A stretch of DNA of 64,000 nt, taken from positions 3,847-67,846 of the forward strand of contig CAYHAE010000002.1 of assembly GCA_964354545.1 (NCBI GenBank). The letters are read 5' to 3'. The translations under genes and the position numbers were made by a program. The notes beneath the pieces are model-generated. The model saw only the letters and a list, made by a program, of their open reading frames with translations. It was not told the origin of the DNA and searched no databases. Positions 36,571 to 44,490 of this stretch are shown piece by piece (within the stretch, counting starts at the first letter, position 1; the number at the start of each line of letters is the position of its first letter). The stretch comes from an uncultured Planctomycetia bacterium. Its GTDB lineage: Bacteria > Omnitrophota > Gorgyraeia > 2-01-FULL-45-10 > JAHFGN01.

Positions 36571-36610
36571 AAGCAGGGTTATGGAAACTATAACCCTGCT
36601 TTTTATTTTT
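36571..36610 (+). terminator. intrinsic terminator
   Basis: Perfect 12-bp stem AAGCAGGGTTAT/ATAACCCTGCTT, 7-nt loop, then TTTATTTTT. Confidence 0.85.
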
Positions 36611-36654
36611 GATAGCATTATTCGTATCTCATATAAGCACTATTTCAATAGGAC

Positions 36655-38955
36655 ATGGGCTCCATTCGTACGCTCCATTCTCACGGTATAAAATTCGCAG
36701 TTGCCGCTGCCGGCGCCACGAGCATCGCATCGCAGATCATCCTGATGCGAGAATTCTTCGCGGTCTTTTATGGAAACGAGCTCTCCGTGGGGTTGGTCCT
36801 CGCGATATGGCTGGTATGCGGCTCGGCGGGCAGTATCCTCATAGGCCGGGTGAGCCTACGCCGCGTCTCGATCGCGGCTCTCTTTGCGATCTTCCAAGGG
36901 GCAATCGCGATCATCCTCCCGCTATCGATCCTCGAGGCGAGGTCCATAAAGCACGTCTTCGGCGTCCTTCCGGGGCAGCTCCTCGGGATGTGGAATCTCG
37001 TCGTCTCCGCACTCGTCATCCTCTCGCCCCTGTGCATCCTCCTGGGATCCCTCTTTACCCTTGGGTGCACGCTGTACAAATCGCACAAACCCCACCTGAG
37101 GACCGGCGGCACCTTCCTTGTCGAATCGATCGGATCCGCGTGCGGGGGGCTGCTCGTGAGCCTGGTTCTCATCCGATTTTTCAATAACTTAGCGATCGCG
37201 TCCGCGCTCTCCTTCATAAACCTCGCATCAGCATATGCTGTATCTCGAGAGATAAAAGACGGGGCGCTCTCGAGGGCCTTTCTGAAAGTCCTCCTGCCTG
37301 TCCTCATGGTGCTCACGCTCGCCCTGTATCCCATGGGCCTGATCGAGCGGCTCGATGCAGTCTCTCTAAAAAAGGAATTCCCCCATCTTGAGATCGAATG
37401 CTCGAGGACCTCTGTCTATGGGACTATAGTTGCGGTAAAGAAGGGCGTCCAGACCTCTTTCTTCACGAACGGGCTCCGTACGTTCACCTACCCTGATAGG
37501 TTCACCTCTGAGGAGACGGTACATTTTTCGATGCTCACACACAGAGACCCGAGACGCGTCCTCCTCATAGGCGGCGGAGCCGGGGGTACGCTCGAAGAGC
37601 TGTTGAAATACCCCGTCGAAGGCATTGATTATATCGAGCTCGACCCTGCGCTCATCGAAACGGCGCGGCAGGTCCTGCGGAGCTATAGCGCCGCATATCT
37701 GGACAACCCCAAGGTCCGCGTCGTCACCATGGACGGCAGGTTCTTTGTGAAAAACACCGCATCGCGCTACGACGTCATCATCATCGACTTGCCGAACCCC
37801 TACACGGCGCAGATCAATCGATTCTACACAAAAGAATTCTACGGGGAGACCGCCCGCATATTGAACGAAGGAGGCATCGTATCGTTCGCGTTAACCGCAA
37901 GCGAGAGCTATATAGGCCAGGACCTCTCCCGGTTCCTGAGCTCGCTCTATTGGACAGCGAGGAGCATCTTTCCGGACGTCTCGCTGGTTCCCGGCGACAG
38001 GGTCATATTCTTGCTCTCGAAGAGACGCGGGGCGACCGAATTCGATTCCCGCACATTCCTGCAACGCCTCAGGGAACGGAATATCCCCACGCAGTACGTT
38101 CGAGAGTATTATCTCGATACGCGACTGTCACGCCGCAACAGGGATTACTTGCGATCGAGGCTGGACGAGAGCGGGAAGGTCAAGGTGAACCTTGATTTTG
38201 CACCCATATCGTATTACTACGACCTCGTCCTGTGGGCGTCGTACTTTAACGACCTTTTCTCCATAGCGCTCAGAAACCTTCGGGGGGAGTGGATGTGGCT
38301 TGCCCTCATATGCGGCGTTGGCCTTATCCTTGCAGCCCTCGCGAGGGCTCATGCGAGGGGGCGAGTCCTGTGTGCGATCGGAGTTGTCGGATTTTCTCAA
38401 ATCGCGTTCGAAATTTTGGTCATACTTCTATTTCAGGTCCTTTATGGATATGTCTATGAGAGGCTGGGCCTCATAATAACATTGTTCATGGTCGGGTTGA
38501 GCATCGGCAGTGTGTTCATGCTGAGGAGACTGGAGCGCGTGAGAGACCCCATGAAGTCGTTGAGGTCCCTGGTCATGTCGGTCGTCCTCTACCTCGCCCT
38601 CACGCCGTTCTTGGCCTCGGTCCTGCAGGCATCCCGCGGCCGTCTGCTGCAGACAGCCGGCGGCATAGTCATCGCAGGGCTGCTCCCGTTCGTATCCGGC
38701 TTTATCGGGGGAGCCTCGTTTCAAGCGGCGAACAAGATCTATCTTCACGGACTCCGAGACGACGCGGCCGCAGCTGCAAGCGGTGTGCTCTATGGTGTCG
38801 ATCTCATAGGATCTGCGATTGGAGCAATGGCGGTAAGCGCCCTGCTCGTACCTGTTGTCGGCATTTACGAGACGTGCGAGATGGTGCTTATACTGAACGT
38901 CTCCGTTCTCGTCCTCTTGTCAGTCAAGGACCGCAGGCAGGTTCGAAGTGCTTGA
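36655..38955 (+). CDS. fused polytopic membrane domain/spermidine synthase-like (polyamine aminopropyltransferase family)
   Basis: 766 aa. Many TM helices on either side of a central SpeE-like domain (VLLIGGGAGGTLEELL...IIIDLPNP). Confidence 0.7.
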   Translation: MGSIRTLHSHGIKFAVAAAGATSIASQIILMREFFAVFYGNELSVGLVLAIWLVCGSAGSILIGRVSLRRVSIAALFAIFQGAIAIILPLSILEARSIKHVFGVLPGQLLGMWNLVVSALVILSPLCILLGSLFTLGCTLYKSHKPHLRTGGTFLVESIGSACGGLLVSLVLIRFFNNLAIASALSFINLASAYAVSREIKDGALSRAFLKVLLPVLMVLTLALYPMGLIERLDAVSLKKEFPHLEIECSRTSVYGTIVAVKKGVQTSFFTNGLRTFTYPDRFTSEETVHFSMLTHRDPRRVLLIGGGAGGTLEELLKYPVEGIDYIELDPALIETARQVLRSYSAAYLDNPKVRVVTMDGRFFVKNTASRYDVIIIDLPNPYTAQINRFYTKEFYGETARILNEGGIVSFALTASESYIGQDLSRFLSSLYWTARSIFPDVSLVPGDRVIFLLSKRRGATEFDSRTFLQRLRERNIPTQYVREYYLDTRLSRRNRDYLRSRLDESGKVKVNLDFAPISYYYDLVLWASYFNDLFSIALRNLRGEWMWLALICGVGLILAALARAHARGRVLCAIGVVGFSQIAFEILVILLFQVLYGYVYERLGLIITLFMVGLSIGSVFMLRRLERVRDPMKSLRSLVMSVVLYLALTPFLASVLQASRGRLLQTAGGIVIAGLLPFVSGFIGGASFQAANKIYLHGLRDDAAAAASGVLYGVDLIGSAIGAMAVSALLVPVVGIYETCEMVLILNVSVLVLLSVKDRRQVRSA

Positions 38956-38980
38956 CGGGTAAATGGGCGTATGTTATACT
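38952..38980 (+). promoter_or_regulatory. promoter TTGACG-17-TATACT for the BamE-like lipoprotein
   Basis: The -35 overlaps the stop codon of the upstream gene. Confidence 0.4.
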
Positions 38981-39093
38981 GGTTTTCGCTCTTGTATCTG
39001 TTCGTGCGGCGGGCGTGCACGGTAAAGGGTAGAAGAAGTTCCAAAGAGTGCCCGCGGGGCTTGAACATAGTTACAAAAAGGGAGGTACTACAT

Positions 39094-39431
39094 TGAAATC
39101 ATTGCTGCTCGTGGGCATAAGCTGTACGTTTCTCGTGGCTGGTTGCGCGGGCATTCAGCCTCCATCCCCTGAAGAGGTCTTAAGGCACCCCCTTGGCTCC
39201 GATCCCATAAAGATAGGCATGACAAAAGAGGAAGTCGAATCTATCTGGGGTAAGCCGGACGAGATACGCCAGGTAGAGGACAAGGCGCTTGGTAAGGGAG
39301 CGAGAGAGGAATGGGTGTATCGCCCTGCTGAATATGGGGCAATCATGCCAGTCCCTGTCGATGCCGGTTACTTGTCCAAGACGAAACGTCTTTATTTCGA
39401 CGGGGAGAATCTCACTCACATCAGGGACTAG
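39094..39431 (+). CDS. BamE/SmpA/OmlA-like outer-membrane lipoprotein
   Basis: 112 aa from a TTG start, 7 nt after GGAGG. Lipobox LVAGCAG. GMTKEEVESIWGKPDE...EEWVY matches BamE. Confidence 0.55.
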
Positions 39432-39440
39432 GCCCTTTCG

Positions 39441-39635
39441 ATGAAATGTCAGAATCTGCAAAAGAACAGGTCCGGCTGCCCGTGCACGTATGAGCCTTGC
39501 GAGAAGAAGGGTGTATGCTGCGAGTGCATAAGATACCATATATCAATGCGGCAGCTGCCCGCATGCGTTTTCTCTCCTAAACAAGAATCCGCGTATGATA
39601 GGTCCATAGAGGCCTTCATCGCGGAGAACGGCTGA
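39441..39635 (+). CDS. cysteine-rich small protein (zf-like metal-binding)
   Basis: 64 aa with 9 Cys: [17 protein letters not shown]. Confidence 0.4.
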   Translation: MKCQNLQKNRSGCPCTYEPCEKKGVCCECIRYHISMRQLPACVFSPKQESAYDRSIEAFIAENG

Positions 39636-39639
39636 CGTC

Positions 39640-39999
39640 ATGATGAGGTCCATGTGTAAATCCAAGCTCCACAGGGTGAGGGTGAAGAAGGTTGACCTTC
39701 ACTACGAAGGTTCCATCGGAATCGATGCGAGCCTCCTGAGAGCGGCGGACATCATCCCGTATGAGATGGTCCACGTCCTCAACGTGACGAGCGGCGCGCG
39801 GTTCGAGACGTATGCGATTGAGGAGAAGGCGGGTACGGGAACGGTCGCGCTCTACGGCGCCGCTGCCCACCTGGGCGAGGTAAGCGATATTCTGATAATA
39901 CTCTCATATGCCCTCGTCGATGAAAGCGGCGCAAAGGTATTGAGGCCCCGCCTCGTATTCGTGAACCGTGACAACAAGATCGTCCGGAAGCCGGCCTGA
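39640..39999 (+). CDS. panD: aspartate 1-decarboxylase
   Basis: 119 aa. MMRSMCKSKLHRVRVKKVDLHYEGSIGID aligns with the PanD N-term including the Gly-Ser self-cleavage site. Confidence 0.85.
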   Translation: MMRSMCKSKLHRVRVKKVDLHYEGSIGIDASLLRAADIIPYEMVHVLNVTSGARFETYAIEEKAGTGTVALYGAAAHLGEVSDILIILSYALVDESGAKVLRPRLVFVNRDNKIVRKPA

Positions 40000-40007
40000 T
40001 CCGGAGC

Positions 40008-40514
40008 ATGCCCGTGCCCATTTTAAAAATCAAAACGTATCCCGATCCTCTCCTGAAAAACAAAGCTAAAAAGGTCGCCGTCATCACCGACGTCGAGAAG
40101 AAGCTCTTTTCCGATATGGCTGAGACGATGTACCTGAACCAGGGCATCGGGCTGGCGGCAACGCAGGTAGGGGTTGACAAGCAGTTGGTGGTGATAGACG
40201 TGGGGGAGGGCCTTGTGAAGATTGCCAACCCCGTGATAATGAAAAGGATAGGGTGGGGTTGCATCGAAGAGGGATGTCTTTCTGTGCCGGGCGTACAGGT
40301 CAAGATAAAAAGGGCACAGAGGATCCTCATTCAGTTCTTAAATGAAGAGGGCGAGATCGTAACGTGTGAGGTGAACGGGCTTTATGCTCGCGCCCTCCAG
40401 CACGAGATGGACCATCTATTTGGAAAACTCATCGTCGATTATCTAAATCCAATAAAAAGGTTGTTTATTTCAAAAAATTACAAAAAAAGAGTTGACAAAA
40501 CAAAGAATCTGTGA
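40008..40514 (+). CDS. def: peptide deformylase
   Basis: 168 aa. GIGLAATQVG, EGCLSVPG and HEMDHL motifs. Confidence 0.9.
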   Translation: MPVPILKIKTYPDPLLKNKAKKVAVITDVEKKLFSDMAETMYLNQGIGLAATQVGVDKQLVVIDVGEGLVKIANPVIMKRIGWGCIEEGCLSVPGVQVKIKRAQRILIQFLNEEGEIVTCEVNGLYARALQHEMDHLFGKLIVDYLNPIKRLFISKNYKKRVDKTKNL

Positions 40515-40545
40515 TAAGCTCTTTTTAATCAAAAGAGTGAATTTT
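40515..40545 (+). terminator. putative terminator after def
   Basis: CTCTTTTT/AAAAGAG hairpin followed by AATTTT. Confidence 0.35.
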
Positions 40546-40640
40546 AGGTGTTGATATCATTTTTCAGGATATGTCGCAGAATTTAGCATGCCATACAAGT
40601 GGTGTTATATACACATGTAGGGCATTTTTTTTATCCGCCT

Positions 40641-40715
40641 CCGCAGAAGACCCCGCCCATGGGCGGGGAGCGAATTTCGTTACAACGGAATTCATGCAAC
40701 TATAAGCTTCTGCGG
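40641..40715. repeat. 9-bp inverted repeat (CCGCAGAAG/CTTCTGCGG) enclosing the 18-bp perfect palindrome CCCCGCCCATGGGCGGGG
   Basis: Read directly in the cspA upstream region. Palindrome at about 40651-40668. Confidence 0.6.
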
Positions 40716-40843
40716 ATGTTCTACTTCGCTCTTCGCCAGATAAACCCTGGCAGGGCTTCGTAGGAACTATTCCTGCGAAGCTCTCTATAGTCTAACTGCT
40801 GTAGCGAAGCAGAATGTCGCTTGAGTGACTCGTAGGCGGATAA

Positions 40844-40890
40844 CCCGCCGAAGCCTATCTTCGTCGAGTAGCTTCTTTGGCGAAGGCGGG
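40844..40890 (+). repeat. recurrent structured intergenic element, copy B
   Basis: CCCGCCGAAG-cctat-CTTCG...TCTTTGGCGAAGGCGGG. Inner CGAAG/CTTCG hairpin. Confidence 0.6.
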
Positions 40891-40901
40891 TATATAGGAT
40901 A

Positions 40902-40919
40902 CCGCGGGCATGCCCGCGG
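40902..40919. repeat. 18-bp perfect palindrome CCGCGGGCATGCCCGCGG
   Basis: Read directly. Followed by ACGCTCCA, 42 nt upstream of the cspA ATG. Confidence 0.6.
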
Positions 40920-40960
40920 ACGCTCCATATATGAAATAATTCGAGAAAGGAGGAGAAGTA

Positions 40961-41161
40961 ATGGCACAGGGTACAGTGAAGTGGTTCAATGACAAGAAGG
41001 GTTATGGCTTTATAATCGCCGACACCGGAAAAGACGTTTTCGTACATCATTCTGCGATAGAGGGAGAAGGCTACAAGTCATTGAAAGAAGGCGATAAGGT
41101 TCAATTCGAGATAGTCAATAGCCCTAAGGGCGAACAGGCAACCAAAGTCGTTAAGCTATAA
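40961..41161 (+). CDS. cspA: cold-shock protein (CspA family)
   Basis: 66 aa. [15 protein letters not shown]1 and [11 protein letters not shown]2. GGAGGAG RBS. Confidence 0.9.
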   Translation: MAQGTVKWFNDKKGYGFIIADTGKDVFVHHSAIEGEGYKSLKEGDKVQFEIVNSPKGEQATKVVKL

Positions 41162-41187
41162 AAAGCAGCATAAGGCGTAACGGGCAT

Positions 41188-41241
41188 GCCCCCTTCAGCT
41201 ATTGCCTCATATGGTATCCAGCGAGAAGGGGGCTTGTGTTT
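41188..41241 (+). terminator. putative terminator after cspA (9-bp GC stem, 28-nt loop, T-rich tail)
   Basis: GCCCCCTTC ... GAAGGGGGC then TTGTGTTT. The left arm overlaps the GGGCATGCCC palindrome. Confidence 0.45.
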
Positions 41242-41299
41242 AAGAGAGTGACGGGTGGCGTGCATATAAGCGCGTGTCAACCTGACAGGGTAGGTGTGT

Positions 41300-41746
41300 A
41301 TGTCCCTCTATGAAAAGGTCGAAGCGGACATGAGAGCCGCGCTCAGGGCGCGGGATGCATTGACGTTGTCAGTGCTGAGGATGCTGCTCGCCGGGATCAG
41401 GTACATGGAGATCGAGAAGAAGGTCAAGACCCTGGAAGATCCCGATATCTGTCAATTGCTCCAGAGGCAGATAAAGCAGCACCGGGATTCCATAGAGCAG
41501 TTCCAAAAGGGGGGTCGGCAGGATCTCGTCGATAAAGAAACGAAAGAACTTCGGATATTGGAATCCTACCTGCCCGAACAATTGAGCGAAGGCGAGTTGA
41601 GGGCGGTGATAGCCGAAGCGATGCAGCAGACGGGCGCTGCTGCCAAGAGAGACGCCGGAAAAGTGATAAAGGCCGTCATGGAGAAGGCCAGGGGCAGGGT
41701 TGAGGGTAAGGCAGTAAACTCTCTGGTAATGGAACTCTTGAAATAG
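41300..41746 (+). CDS. GatB/YqeY domain protein
   Basis: About 148 aa. MSLYEKVEADMRAALRARD...FQKGGRQDLVDKE matches YqeY. Confidence 0.75.
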   Translation: MSLYEKVEADMRAALRARDALTLSVLRMLLAGIRYMEIEKKVKTLEDPDICQLLQRQIKQHRDSIEQFQKGGRQDLVDKETKELRILESYLPEQLSEGELRAVIAEAMQQTGAAAKRDAGKVIKAVMEKARGRVEGKAVNSLVMELLK

Positions 41747-41893
41747 ATCCCGCTACTACTTTCGCGGACATTTCGATCCATCTATGACATGCGGGTAATG
41801 GGGTACATGAATTCGCTTGCCTTTCGGAGACTTTTAGTATAGAATAAATGCAATTTAGAATATTTAATAAACCTGGAAAGGGGGAAAGGGAAG

Positions 41894-42301
41894 ATGAAGG
41901 GGAAAAGGATTTTCGCAGTACTTATGGTACTGGCAATCGCATTCTTCGCGGTCTCAAGCGCGATCGCCGAGGGAGAGTCGGCAGGACAAAAGTTCAAGAA
42001 CTTCTGGAAGCGGCTCTTCAATTATCCTGCAAAGGTAGTTGAAAAGTCCGGTGAGACAGTTGCGACGGCGACCAAGAATACCGCCGGTGTCGTAAGCACA
42101 TCGGTGACAGAAACAACCAAAACAGTGACGGGCCAGTCTGATGCGCCAGAGAAGATGATAACCGAACCAGTGAAAGGTGCGGTCGAGACGGTCGGTACAG
42201 CCGCACAAGAGACCGTTTCTATACCTGTCGAGGCAGCCAAGGCGACTGAAAGCGCCGCAGAGACACAAGAAGCGCCTGCGCCTACGGCAGAGAATAAGTA
42301 A
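41894..42301 (+). CDS. hypothetical secreted protein (Thr/Ala/Glu-rich)
   Basis: 135 aa. Signal peptide. Own TTGCCT-17-TAGAAT promoter and GGGGGAAAGGGAAG RBS. Confidence 0.5.
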   Translation: MKGKRIFAVLMVLAIAFFAVSSAIAEGESAGQKFKNFWKRLFNYPAKVVEKSGETVATATKNTAGVVSTSVTETTKTVTGQSDAPEKMITEPVKGAVETVGTAAQETVSIPVEAAKATESAAETQEAPAPTAENK

Positions 42302-42458
42302 TTTGTCACTATCCCGACACCAGAGGACCACAGGCTTTGCCTACGGGTTGCGTTGCTTCCAGCGCATGGCGGATCGGGACGTCGCCCCAAAAGGGGTGTA
42401 GAATTTTAGGGACCCCGGGCTGGGCTGCCAACGGCAGGCATACCCATGGGACTCTGGT

Positions 42459-42503
42459 AGAAAAGCCATATTTCCTCCCCGCAAAGAGAGATATGGCTTT
42501 TCT
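42459..42503 (+). terminator. hairpin (13-bp stem AGAAAAGCCATAT/ATATGGCTTTTCT), terminator-like
   Basis: Read directly in the 42302-42603 intergenic region. Confidence 0.4.
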
Positions 42504-42603
42504 ATAGTCGGTAGTTCTATCGGATGCGAGAGAAGGCGGACGGAGGAGCGCATGTAGTGCGGACCCGCTGACCGGCGCCGATGTGTAAATGTAAGGGGGA
42601 ACC

Positions 42604-42750
42604 ATGAGAAAGGCTGTGGTGATTTTTTTGCTCGCGGCGTTCAGCGCATGTCTCTTTGGCTGTGGAGAGACGGTGAGCGGCATCGGCAAAGATGCGAGGC
42701 GGATAGGAAAAGGCGTGAAGACGGTATTTATTCGCGATCAGGGTAAATAG
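42604..42750 (+). CDS. entericidin (EcnA/B)-like small lipoprotein; not in the supplied ORF track (<60 aa)
   Basis: 48 aa MRKAVVIFLLAAFSACLFGCGETVSGIGKDARRIGKGVKTVFIRDQGK. AAGGGGGAA RBS 4 nt upstream. Signal plus Cys lipobox followed by a Gly/Lys-rich amphipathic tail. Confidence 0.5.
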   Translation: MRKAVVIFLLAAFSACLFGCGETVSGIGKDARRIGKGVKTVFIRDQGK

Positions 42751-42754
42751 GGCC

Positions 42755-43468
42755 GTGCCTTGCAGGGTGAGGGATTTCGGCAGCATCTGCATTCTGGACA
42801 TAGAGGGAAAGATCGACATCAACTCCTTTGAAGTCATCGAGACCGTGGGGTGGATCATCAATAGCGGCAGGCTGAACATACTGTGCAATTTAGAGAATCT
42901 GGATATGGTGGATTACGGCGGATTGTCTGTCCTTGCGATCGCCTACAAGAACGTCATAAATCATAGCGGGAAGATGAAATTCTTGAACGTCCCTCTCCCC
43001 GTAATGGAGCTTTTCAGGATGGTGAGGCTCGATATGGTCTTCGAGTGCTACTATGACCAATCGATCGCGTTCAGCAGTTTCATAGAAGAGACAGAGATAA
43101 GCAGGATGCACTTGAGGAGAAGGTTTAAGAGATTGGATATACATTTAAAGGTGAAGTATAGAGTGATGAGCAACAAAGACCAACCCGTCGTATTCGAGGG
43201 TGACGTGCTGAATATCAGCGGTTCGGGTATTTTTATATATACGAAACATACATTTACGGTCACCAGCCCCCTGGTGCTCGAGCTCATGCTCCCCGGCGAG
43301 TCGAAGCCGGTCGAGATCCATGGAAAGGTAACATGGCTGTCGGACAAGGAGCTGCAGCCCCACTCCTATCCCGGGATGGGTATCGGGTTCTCCCGTATAG
43401 GACCGGAAACAGAGCGCCTCATCGCAGATTTTGTCGAAAAGAATGTCACGCATAGGGCGGAAGGATGA
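42755..43468 (+). CDS. STAS-domain/PilZ-domain fusion protein
   Basis: 237 aa. GTG start. N-terminal STAS-like (anti-sigma-antagonist fold). C-terminal PilZ (RRRFKR, NISGSG). Confidence 0.6.
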   Translation: MPCRVRDFGSICILDIEGKIDINSFEVIETVGWIINSGRLNILCNLENLDMVDYGGLSVLAIAYKNVINHSGKMKFLNVPLPVMELFRMVRLDMVFECYYDQSIAFSSFIEETEISRMHLRRRFKRLDIHLKVKYRVMSNKDQPVVFEGDVLNISGSGIFIYTKHTFTVTSPLVLELMLPGESKPVEIHGKVTWLSDKELQPHSYPGMGIGFSRIGPETERLIADFVEKNVTHRAEG

Positions 43469-44490
43469 TGAAGGCTGAATCGACGCGGTGTGCACATAGC
43501 GGATGTACGAATTCCCCTCTGAGTTATGCGGAAACCTGTTGGGAACACACGCGCGATAAGGAGGCATATGCGGCGCGGATCATCACCATGCTGCAGGAGG
43601 GCCGGAGCCTCAAGGGCGCGAATCTGGAAAAAGTTATCTTAAAGGACATCAATGTCCCGAGGGCGGATTTTTCCGGAGCCCATCTGTCCCAGGCAGACCT
43701 CTCTCATTCCCGCCTGTTTGACGCGAATTTTGAAGGGGCCCACCTCCTGGGCGCGGAATTGTCGGACTCGGATTTGACTCACTGTAATTTCAGGAACGCG
43801 GATCTCACAAAGGCTAATCTCTCAGATGCGCGGCTGTGGAACGCGCTGCTGGAGAACGCGGTCCTTTCGGAGGCGTCGTTATTTGGCGCCGACCTCTGGA
43901 ACTCTAATCTGCATAATTCCAGGGTGTGGCATACAAACTTCAATAATGCAAAATCGCTCGCCCGCAGAAACTTCTCGCAGGACCCGAGCCTCCTGTGGAC
44001 GTCGAAGATACGCGAAGACGGCCTCATGTCGGCGAAAGAGGCGTATAGGGACCTGAAGCTGTACTTTCTCACCAACGGGATATACGATGACGCAGGGTGG
44101 GCTGCGTTCAGGGAGAAGACGATCGAGCGGTTCATTATGAAGAAGAACCGGGACCCGCGCTACATACCCAGCCTCGTGATGGGTGCCCTCTGCGGCTACG
44201 GTGAGAAGCCGGGGAGGATCATCCTCTCGGCGATGCTTGCCATCCTCGTCTACGCATTTCTCTATTATTTTCTCAATACCGTCGAGAGCCCCGGATTGCC
44301 GCAGTACACCATGAACTGGGCCGATTACATATACTATAGCACCGTGACCTTCACGACCGTAGGATATGGGGATTTCATTCCGCGCTCGAACGCGTTCTTT
44401 CGGCTCCTTGCAGCGAGCGAGGCGTTCATAGGCGTATTCCTTACGGGGCTGTTTATCTTTACATTGGCGAGACGTTATTCTGCGCGATGA
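43465..44490 (+). CDS. pentapeptide-repeat protein fused to two-TM K+-channel pore domain
   Basis: 341 aa. Repeated A(D/N)LxxA(N/D)L pentapeptides. C-terminal TVTFTTVGYGD selectivity filter between two TM helices. ATGA overlap with the upstream gene. Confidence 0.65.
   Translation: MMKAESTRCAHSGCTNSPLSYAETCWEHTRDKEAYAARIITMLQEGRSLKGANLEKVILKDINVPRADFSGAHLSQADLSHSRLFDANFEGAHLLGAELSDSDLTHCNFRNADLTKANLSDARLWNALLENAVLSEASLFGADLWNSNLHNSRVWHTNFNNAKSLARRNFSQDPSLLWTSKIREDGLMSAKEAYRDLKLYFLTNGIYDDAGWAAFREKTIERFIMKKNRDPRYIPSLVMGALCGYGEKPGRIILSAMLAILVYAFLYYFLNTVESPGLPQYTMNWADYIYYSTVTFTTVGYGDFIPRSNAFFRLLAASEAFIGVFLTGLFIFTLARRYSAR

Noticed and set aside
36609-37187. 192-aa + strand ORF overlapping the spermidine-synthase-like gene in another frame
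   Set aside because: Arg/Pro/His-rich artefact. The overlapping frame encodes a coherent polytopic membrane protein.
40515-40960. Possible CRISPR array or tRNA in the repeat-rich cspA upstream region
   Set aside because: Repeats are inverted or palindromic and irregularly spaced, not direct repeats with uniform spacers. No cloverleaf-compatible tRNA structure and no cas genes.
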